From the NCBI RefSeq assembly GCF_009914755.1, contig NC_060935.1: a DNA stretch of 64,000 nucleotides; one strand, 5' to 3'. Source of the DNA: the human T2T-CHM13v2.0 reference genome, Homo sapiens. Below are positions 52,575 to 64,000 of this stretch, piece by piece; position 1 is the stretch's first letter; each line of letters opens with the position of its first letter. The notes beneath the pieces are model-generated. The model made no database searches, was not told the origin of the DNA, and saw nothing but the letters and a program-made list of their open reading frames with translations. The translations under genes and the position numbers were made by a program.

Positions 52575-53867
52575 TTAAGGAGAGTAATTCTGGAGCCTCC
52601 ATGAGTGCCTCTCCTGAGTCCAACTTACCTTTATGCAACTTCTGTGTATGCTCGCCTCGCCCAGATACCTATCCTCAGCAGAGACAGGCTCAAGTGGCAC
52701 TCAGGAACAATGCATACATAGAAAGTCCCACCTAGCCAGTTCTTTTCCAGGCCATAAACTTTTCTTTTAACCTTTCTTTGCAAGGGCTGTTTTCCAAGCA
52801 CTCCCTCTCTTTCTGTCCTCTGGATATTGATAAAGGCATGCACTTACAGGAATGTGCTCAAAGATGATTCCCCCCAGACTTTCAGGGAGAAGCTCAGGGC
52901 CATGGGGCCTGTTAGGTTTCTCTGCGAAATGCTACTTCTTGAAACTATTTCTTTGGGAGGTTTTCTGTCCCATTCTGTCCCAGGAGCCTGGGAAAAAGGC
53001 TGCGCCTTTGGATGTTTTGCTCAGCAGCTTGACATGGGCCATGATGGGGATAATGGCAGAGGCAAATAATGCAAATCCCAAGTGCTTCATTAGATATGAA
53101 GATGAAAGGGCATTCCCAGGCATGAGAGCTACTCTGCCACCCAGGATGATGGGATGCAACCAGGGACCCTGCTCACACCAGTACCTCTTTGGATAAGAAA
53201 TCGAGATATTTTACTCCAGAGATCCACTTATGAGGGGGCAGAAAGGAGAGAAATGGAGAGGGCACCCCATTGGGAACACCCCAGACTAGAGCCACCATGC
53301 TGGTTTCTGATCTTGAGAATTTCAGAGGCAGAATATAAACACTTCGGTCTTACCTTGGGGCTCCTGGGACACAGATGAGCTAAGTTTTCTGAGCCTGTCA
53401 TGGCAAACAACATAATGTTGCTAATCAAACTTCCTGTGCGCCCACCCAATTTGATAAATCAGCCTTTTGATGCACTAAGTGAAGATGAATTAGCAGTAAT
53501 GAGGCTGTGACAGCTCCCTGAGGCACAGGTTGACAGAGAGAGCTTTGATGGCTGTGGCAAGAAGGAGGAGAAGCTCTTCTCAGGGATCAGTTCAAGCTGC
53601 CAAGTTTGTGCAAATAACCCTCCAATGGATGCTGAAGTCATCTGAGAACCAGATGTTTGCTGTCTTCCTACAATGAGCCACATGCCATAAGCCCCAACTT
53701 ATGGGCAGACCATAACATGGAATCAACCCATTCTGTTATGTGGGAAATGGAGGCTGGCAATGGCAGCCTGCTAAAACCTTTTTCCTTTGCAAGGCTGCCT
53801 ACTACACAGCTAGTCTCCAACAGCCCAGCAATGGAGAGTTGGTACTGGTTAGCTAATCTCCTTCATG

Positions 53868-54835
<968 letters not shown>

Positions 54836-56199
54836 TTTTATAATAGTTAGCAGGGGTAACTGAGTTGCTATTATGTTGCTGAGCTACAAAGGCTGTGTCT
54901 GAATGATGCTCTCAGATCCTCTCACCTAATCCTCCCCATCAAGGGGTAGCGGCAGGAGGAGGAGCACTCTTGAGGCTAAGGAGGCTTGAGGCAACACTGG
55001 TGGCTTTTGAGCAAAGTGTTGATTTTCTCACCTCCCCAGCCCTGCCTGGAGACTTCAGCCCTGTGTCTGGAGGCCCCTGTTTCTTCAGAAACACAGCTCC
55101 TTTAGGTTCCTTTTCTTCCCTGCTGATATTCCATGGGACACAGCAAACACAAATCTCTCTCCCTAAAGGTTCCATTTGCTTTAGACTTTCTACGATTGAT
55201 CATCTAATTACCTTTGCAGCCCAGGAAGCGCTAATCTCTTCAGCAACTGAGGTGCGTGTCACAGATTGAAACAAAACATTCCATCTTCCTGGCATGAGGC
55301 AAATCGAGGTCTGGACTCTACCGCATGCATCAGCTTGATAGGCAGGGCTGCTGGTGACCTGGGAGAGGGGCCTGCCCATTACCTTTGTGCCTTTTTTCCT
55401 CCATGCAGTGCTGGGCTCCCCGAGGGAAGGCTGGTTCTGTCCCCCTCTTTTCTTATCTGTAAGCCTAACAAATATGCTAGGGTTTGCGTGATGGGGGAGA
55501 GGAGGATTCTGGTCCCCTTCACGACCAATGCTGATGACAGTGAACAAGTGGATCCAGCTGCTACTGGTCCTTTCAACTTCTATTTCAGAAAACACCAGCA
55601 TCTCTGTTACCAGGCTTATTTGTATGCTTGGGTTGTTTGAGATGATGAGGCTCAGTGGTCTCAGCCTCTTGCAAATTCCTTTCTCACCATGGCCTCTATT
55701 GCTCATCTGAGGCCACCTCCTCCGAGAAGCCTTCTGTGATCTATTTTTGGGCAAATTATTTATTCCTCTTCAATTTCATAGTACACTATTGGCTCTTCTT
55801 GGCACTTGTGGTACCAAAATCTGCAAGTCTGTCTCTCTCCTCTCCTATGCTCTTTAAGAACAAGGCTTGTATCTTATTCATCTTTTGCTCCTGGAGTATC
55901 CAGCGCATTTTAGCACAGTGTGGCGCTCAGCAAGGACAACTAACTTGAGAGGAAAGATACATATTAGAAGCTCTCTAGTGACCTCCAAGTTTTGGGCAGA
56001 TTGGATTAACCATCGCTCTCCAATCACTGTTTTGGGAAAGGACGCTGACGGATGTGCACCGCACACCATATGTTCCCTTCCAGGACCCTGTGCTCTATCT
56101 GTCCTCCTAGCATACCAGGAGAGCTGTCAGCTCGCCAGGCAGTTAGTCCTCTGCCAAACCTGTGTACACCAGTTCTTGTCATTGTCATTAGTTTAGCTC

Positions 56200-57010
<811 letters not shown>

Positions 57011-57589
57011 CTGGCCAGCATATCAGCTTTTTCTATCTATGTTCAGTCTCTAACGGGGCTGTATGTTCCTTGAGGAAATTACATGGCTTACACATCCACA
57101 ACCTGAATGACTGTCTTTTACACTCTATGGGCCATCTATAAATGGTGGCTGATGATGACGGTGATTGCTCCTTTATTCACCACACATTTGCTGAGCCCCT
57201 ATTATATGCAGTGCTGATTAGGGACTAAGGGTACAACGTTGAACAAGAGAGGCAAGCTCCATTGTCCTCACGGAGGCCACCATCTGGATAGAGGTACTAG
57301 CTCGACAGCTGGGGCTCTGATATGAGCACAAGCCAGACCAGTGAGTAGGAAAGAGGGTGCACATTTTGCAGAGAGGGTAACGTGGCTAATGTCACACACT
57401 AAACAGATGAACTTCCTGCCACTTTTGTAGCTGCATGGGATCTTTCACTGCACGGGACAGATTTTTGGCAGAAGCAAAGGCTCTGGGAGTCTAGCAAAAA
57501 TAAGACAGCAGAAAAATATTAAAGCAAGACTGCAAAACTCAGTGCTGCACACTCCATCACAAGTGTGAAAATAGCTCCACATTCTGAAA

Positions 57590-57935
57590 ACACCTGACCA
57601 GCACTCTTCAAAAATCTCAAGGTCATGAAAGACAAGGAAAGACTGAGGAGCTGTCACAGATTACAGGAGACTCAGATGTGACAACCAAACCATGTGGGAT
57701 CCTGGATTCGATCCTGGGCCAGGAAAAGGACATTAGTGGAAAAACTGGCAAAATGCAAATAAAATCTGTCATTTAGTTAATAATATTGAGCCAATGTTAT
57801 TTTCTTAGTTTTGATCATCACTCTGTGGTTATATAAAACGTTCACTTTAGGGGAAGCTGAGTGAAGGGTATACGGGAACTCTCTGCACTACTTTGCTACT
57901 CTTCTGCAAGTCTAAAATTATCTCGAATGGAAAAC
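57590..57935 (+). mobile_element. L1MC/L1ME 3' UTR fragment
   Basis: TCAAGGTCATGAAAGACAAGGAAAGACTGAGGA...GGACATTAGTGGAAAAACTGG...GGGAACTCTCTGCACTA. Confidence 0.8.
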
Positions 57936-60900
57936 AGGCATTCACACAGGCACCTCCGATACCCAGGTATCTGTGTGAAGGGGCTGTCCAGGCCTTCCTG
58001 AGGCATCGTATCCTCCTCCCACCTGCAGGCAAGGATGCAGAAACTTTTTCCAGGCAAAGGGGAGGGTCCTCTTCTCCTTCACCCTTGGATGGAGCAAATA
58101 TCAAGTATCTGTCCCACATGGTGCTGACTGCGCATGCAAGGGGCAGGAGGCAGAGAAGCAGAAAAGGAGGAGAGGGGAATTAATATCTGTCAATTGATCC
58201 ATTTTTCGTAGCCATCATTTTAAGCACCTACTGTGTTCCAGGCATAGCAACCCTCCTTATACATGTGCTCTCCATGAATCCTCATCACGTCTCCATTTCC
58301 CAGGAGACGGAAGCCCAGAGAACTTCAAAAATTTATCCACAGTTCTAGCTGCTAGGTGATAGAGGCAGGACTCTAACAAGCTCAGCCTGTCTCCAGAGCC
58401 ACTGCTGGCTACAGAGATGCTGGGGGTGGCCTGGCCTTGGAGGCATTTTCCAGCCTGTTCTGGAGCATTTCCAGGGGCCTGGGTCCGTGAGTTCCAGTGA
58501 GTTGCCTGTTGTCCTGGCCCAGTAAGTTTTTCTCTGTGTCTGACCTGCAATTGTCCCCTTGCTTCCTGCCAGACCTCAGCGGCATGTTTCACTCCTCCTG
58601 GGACACATGGACCCCACTTCATGCATGGGAAGTACATGGAGGGTCTTCAGCTCCCCCTTCCCACTCGCCCCTTTCCAGAAGCCCTGATGACAGATCTGAT
58701 ACAGTCACCCCACCTCCATGGATCCCACCCTAGTTCCCCAGGCACTCTCTTCATCCAAACTCCTTAGAGTCACGTCTGCTGAAAAGACCAGTTTCTACCC
58801 CCGGCGCTGAGTCAGACACAGAGTTGCTGTCAGAACTGGAGAAAACACAGCAGTCATAGTAACGGTAGCTCCTGTTTATTGACTGTTCACCGTATACTGG
58901 ACACTGTCTTGCACACTGTACACACCTTTGTCCTAATTCTAAAAGCAACCTTAAAAGGGAAACATTACTAATCCTTTTTCACAGATAATGCCAATGGGGC
59001 CAAGGGAGTTCCTTTAATAACCTATGTCAACTAGGAAGTGGCAGTGGAGGATGGAAGACTGGGTTTGTCTAGTTGCAAAACCTCTGTTTCCACAGTGGCA
59101 ATGAGGCACCCCCTACTAACATTAACATACTGCAAATGCAAGATGGGATATTTGGAAATAGTTTACCCATGTTGCTGCTAAGCCTCATAATAATCCTGTA
59201 AATTCAATCCCATGTCCCCACTGTACAGTACACATTGATGCAAGTAGTTGTGAAAATGAGAAACAGAGAGAAGTCCTGTGGAGGCACGTGGCTGTAAGAG
59301 CACCATTTAGGAACTCAGTGTTGGTGGCGAGTGAGGATGAGGCCAACACTGACAGTAAGGCATATTCCCTGTGTTTCCAAAGTGGGAGGGGTCTTCAAGG
59401 AACCATCACACCATTGCCACAGGAGCTGATGGCTGATAGGACAGAATTCCTAACTTGCTGCTGTGGGCTTCATCTGCAGTCTTGACTCCTAAGCAGCACT
59501 CACACCAGACAAGAAGAGGGCTGCACAAATGCTGAACAAACTCAGATCTGTGTAGATGCCCTCAGGGAACTTGGGATCCTCTAGCATGTCATAGCCCTTG
59601 CAAGTCCAAACCTGCCCACTTCTGCTCCAGCCTCCAAAGACAGCAGCCCCACCCTCCCCGGGGCCTGGGGTAAAGTCGGGAGGCCCGCTGGGCTGCACGG
59701 CCACACTCTGTTCTGTTGTGCCCATGTCTGTCCCTGCTGCTGCCGCCCTGGAATTGCTCAGGCTCCGTGATGTTGTTTTTTAAATCATAAAATCCTCTCC
59801 CCGCTCCTGTGCCTTTCCTGGGGGAGCTCTCTCGGGCTTTTAATTGAATTTGCAGTTTCTGGCACACCCCTGTTACACAGAATGCTTGGTATGGGCAGAT
59901 GGAAGTGCCCATGAGAATCAAAACAAGGAAACTTTGACAGGATTCAAGGCTTCCATACCACCCTCTGAAAAAAAAAAAAAAAGGAGAGAAAGAAAGAAAA
60001 GAAAGTGCTGCTTGTTCCAGCACCTGCAGAGGATGCGAGCCAGCCAGCAAATTCACTACTCACCTTGCATATGAACGAACAAACACACACGGGTTTGGTG
60101 GGCAACAGAGAAGGCAGGCGGAACTCTGGGGTGTGAGTGGTCCATGAAGCAAGACAGACAGACATGGGGCGGGGTGTGCAGGGACTGAATTCTGACAGGC
60201 AGTCAGCATCTGGCTTCTGGCCCCTGCTCTGCCCCACATTTCCAACCATGTGACCTCAAGCAAGTGGCTTCCCTCTTCTGGCCCTGGATGTCCTTTTGTA
60301 ACAAACATGTGTGGCCACATCAGAGGACACACAAGGCTTCCTCCCACCAGTCCTAAGATTCTAATCTGCCATGATGCGATCTCCAGCCTTGTCCATGTTG
60401 AGGGGCCAGTAGCTGAAGGAGGGAGCTCAGGGTGCCCAGGCCCTCCCTGCTTGTCAGTCTGGGGACAACTGTCTACTGTGGTTAAAGCAGGTGTCTGAGG
60501 CCATGATGAAGGTAAGATCCCACAAAGGGATACTGAGGGGGCTCTAGATGGTGTCTGGCAGCAGAGAATGTAGTCAGAGGACCTTCAGGCTAGGAAGTCA
60601 TCATCACTCTGCGAGATGGAACCACGAAACAGGGAGTGAGTGAGTCACCAGAGATAATGAGCTCCGAGGCAGGAAGACGCAGGAGTCTAATGACGTTCTT
60701 TTCCTGTCCTGATGAGATCTCTTGTCCATAGGCCAGTAGAGCACCCAAGCCCAGAGCAATGGGTAAGGGGGTCTGACTTCAACCTGGGGCAGCCGCTCCT
60801 TGGAAGGAACCAGGCAGCAACTGTGATTCCAGCATCCCAGCCCAGCCCAGATGCACGGTGGCTGAAAACCACGCCTCAAGCTCCGGGGGAACTCCCTGGC

Positions 60901-62515
60901 TATTCTTGGAAACACAGAGACTCCTGGCTCCCTGTCAGAGCTGCTCCCCACTCTAAAAAGCCCAGGAGTCACTGCTACAATATTTTTCCTTCTGAAGGAG
61001 GTGGCATCTCAGTAATTGCAACGTGATGCTCTCTTGACAGCAGTATTAATCACCTGTCTTCATCTCAGCCCCAGCCATGAGAGAGGAACAGGAGGAAGAC
61101 AGAGCCAGAGGGCCTGGTGTTGTTCACTGTCCTCATCCAAGGGCACGGGTACAGCAGTCTATTCTGTCTCTTCCTCAAGCTCATTGTCACTTCCGAGAGG
61201 GGACTGGGGTCAGGCCTCATTCAGGTTCCCTAGAGTGGAAAGGATTGGTAAGGAGCTGGGTAGCTCTCCTTGGCCACCTCTAAAGGAGCTGCACCACACT
61301 GGGCCTGCGAAGAGGAGACCAGGCCCACAGACCCAGGCAGGATGGAGGAGATGGGAGGGGTCAGCAGGGGGCCAAATTCAAGAGTTTCTTCTCAACCCTA
61401 CCTTTAGCCTGCCTTCCTGACCATCCTGCACATGCCCACCAAGTCCACCTCCCAAAGCCATGGCTTCAGGCTCATGTCACCGCCTCGCTCAAAATATCTT
61501 CTATGACTCCCCTGAAGGGAAAAGTCCAGATTCTTTAGCTCTCTGTCTTTGATCTTCCCACATTACCTGCTGGCCCCTCCTGTGGACAGGCTAGACTGCA
61601 GCTGGCGTTGATCTAGTCTGTGACTTTTGTACCCCTCGCTTCCCCTCATCCTCCTTTGAATGCTGCCATTTCTCCACCTGCCTCCCCATTCCCAACTGTC
61701 CAAATCCTTCCAACTCTTCAAAGGGAAAAGCCCACCTCCTAGAATAGCCTTCCCTGAACCCTCTGAGCTCATCAAGACTTCTTCCTGCTGTGCTCCCATA
61801 GAGTCTGATATGGGAGGCTCTGCCAAGGTAATATTGTAAAGTTGAGGCATGTCCCAGACCCCTGGGGGAGGAGGGAAACTGAGATGCCCTGGGAAATTGG
61901 GCAGGTGAGACAGGAAGGCCTTGGCATTCATGACGTTTGGACATGTCAAGCACCTGTGCTACACAAGTGAGTTGGGAACTGTAGGCGTCCTTCCAACATG
62001 AGCAGATCATGTGAGCCAAGGGCAGGCTTGGAAAAGCATAATGCTGCTTCCCCCTGAGCACATGCCATCATAGGTGCACAGTAAAACTTCTAGATGAATA
62101 AATGCTGGGCTAGCAGAGTGACGGCCATAACACGGAGCTGCTCCCACCAAGACGGTGTCAGCCATGGGAGGACTGTTAGCCAGTTAAGCCGTGATTTTAA
62201 GCTGGAGTAACAGTTGAAGAGAGTGCAGAAATGGTCTGAATACCTAGCAAGTGGATATACTCAGACAAGCCGGATGGGTCTTCCAAGAATTGGAGCCAGA
62301 GAGAGACTACCAGAGAAGCGAAAATTCACCCCAAAGTCAGAGCAAAATGGCTGAGAGCCAAGAAAGAAATCAGGGGGCGGTGTTTAGTGAGCAGTTGTGG
62401 GTAGAACTGATTGCTCCCTGAGCTACCGTTCAGATTAGCACCAGCCCTGCTGTTCCACTTGTCTCGCTGTGCAGTTCATATCTCTTCCATTTTGTATGCA
62501 CTTATTCCCAGCATC

Positions 62516-62581
62516 CAGAGCTGCACCTGCCACCCTCCACGAATGCAATGTTCACAAGTGAAGTAGTGGGAGGTGGCTGGT
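62516..62581 (-). ncRNA. MIR4301: microRNA 4301 precursor in DRD2 intron 1 (mature UCCCACUACUUCACUUGUGA = 62552..62571)
   Basis: The reverse complement matches the recalled miR-4301 mature sequence and 66-nt hairpin; same strand as DRD2. Confidence 0.85.
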
Positions 62582-62720
62582 AAACTGGAGAGAATGGGAT
62601 CCTTAGTCTATTGTTGCCATTTGAGAATGGAAACAATATTTCAAAAGAAGACAGAAATTGGAACTTTTATTTGAAATCTCCCTATCATGAAATCCCGGCA
62701 ACTAACTCATCACACTAGCT
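62545..62720 (-). mobile_element. MER102-like fragment overlapping the 5' arm of MIR4301
   Basis: Reverse complement TTAGTTGCC...GGGAGATTTCAAATAAAA...ATGGCAACAATAG...CTCTCCAGTTTACCA shares motifs with the MER102-like element at 53868-54835. Confidence 0.55.
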
Positions 62721-63059
62721 GAGCCAAAGCACTTCCAGCTTGCATCCTCTACTCACACCATCTAAAACACCAATGCCAAACAAGCAACCAGAGCTAACAA
62801 CATTGTTGTGCTTTTTGAAGGCCTCGAAACAGCCCTCTGACCAAGCAGGGCAGGGTTATTACTCCCTCTTTAGGAGTTGAAGAAGCTGGCCCAGAGAGGC
62901 TTCTCTATTTGCACAAGATTACTCAGCTAGTTAGTAGCAAAGGCAGGATCAGAACTCACATCTCAACATTCTGCCTCAAAGCCTCCTCTCCCAAACCCCA
63001 CCTTGTCTCCACAGCCTAATGGACAGCAGAGCCAAAGCAGTTAATAAAATAGTCTGAGA

Positions 63060-63645
63060 CCAACAGTGTTGGCTAGGTGATCATGGTATCCTTAGCAGAG
63101 AAATAGATAGGCAGTCTACTACATTCTCACTCAATCTCTTTAAGTAGAAGAGTTCTATATCAAGTGATCAGAAGTCTAACTTTCTTCACCAAAACAGAGA
63201 GTTATGGCCCCTGATTAATTCCCAGATTTGAGCCAATTGACAGATGCAGAACCCGTAAATGAAGGAGAGATTTGGTCCTCTTGAGGAAGACCCCTGCCAA
63301 AAATTTACATTGTTAATATTTCTCCCAGCTTTCTCCAAACGGACCACTCCTTACCAGGGTAACTATGCATTGGGAAAATAAAATAGACTTTTGGAGGATT
63401 ACTAGATTAGGTGAGGGCTCTGACCAGGCTCTAATGACACTAATTCCTGGAGACCCAAAACATCACTGTAGCCCCCAGTCAAAGGTGGGACTTCTGGAGG
63501 TCAGGCAATCAATGGAGATTTAGCTCAGTTCCTTCTCACAGTGGGTCCAGTGGGTCTGTGAACCCATCCTGTAGTTACCTCTCTGGTTCCAGAACACATA
63601 ATTGGAATAGGCATATTCAGCAACTTGCAGAATCGCCACTGCACA
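63060..63645 (+). mobile_element. ERV-L internal fragment (gag C-terminus to protease), degenerate
   Basis: Frameshifted translation gives ERVL-like segments TRVTMHW, GLLD, TLIPGDPKHHC, GGQAING, LTVGPVG..THPVV, IIGI; the D-T-G active site is disrupted. Confidence 0.8.
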
Positions 63646-64000
63646 GGACTGGCTAGATTCTTTTAAGCTGTTAAGAATATGTATCCAAAACTTGTTAATA
63701 AGGCAGCAAGCCCACCTCAGGCTTTGATTCTCCAGGAGAATCTGTTTTGTTTGTTTACTATTTACCATCCACAAAGGGCCTAAACCTATGAGATAGATGC
63801 TAACAGTTAGAAAAGATGGTAACATGTGAGTGATTTCCATCCAGTAGAGAAGATTGTCCAAAGCCTTATGATTTTGTTGCCCTGTGAGACATTAAGTTTT
63901 GCATCTAATTTAGCAATCTTATTCCAGATTTCTTCCACGTATATATGTATATATATAATTTTTCCTGTATCCTCTTTTATTTATTATTTATTTATTTATT

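Overview
Human genomic DNA recognisable as the ANKK1/DRD2 locus (11q23.2; location from prior knowledge). The + strand carries the complete 8-exon ANKK1 gene: CpG-island promoter, ATG at 388, TAG ending at 12768, exons summing to 2298 nt = 765 aa, a RIPK-family kinase with 12 ankyrin repeats. The - strand carries DRD2 exons 2-8: ATG at 37155, TGA at 23229-23231, 1332 nt = 443 aa D2L, with the 87-nt cassette exon 6 and AATAAA at 22131-22136. About 27 kb of DRD2 intron 1 follows and contains MIR4301; DRD2 exon 1 lies outside the window. The two genes converge tail-to-tail about 9 kb apart. The remainder is interspersed repeat (Alu, L2, MIR, L1M, MLT1B, MER74, ERVL, MER DNA transposons); family and subfamily names are from recalled consensus sequences, not a RepeatMasker run. 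I found no wholly new biological system. The most unusual structures are: (1) a near-perfect 108-bp foldback palindrome created inside an L2 between the genes; (2) an Alu whose target-site duplication includes the ANKK1 stop codon; (3) a tailless 5S rRNA retro-fragment with a TSD; (4) a ~136-bp templated local duplication; (5) a 45-bp dispersed repeat; (6) cryptic in-frame ANKK1 exons; (7) several homeodomain/POU/MEIS motif clusters. The haplotype reads TaqIA A2 (Glu713), TaqIB B2, TaqID D1, (CA)15, DRD2 957T, and ANKK1 Arg318/Arg442/Arg490.
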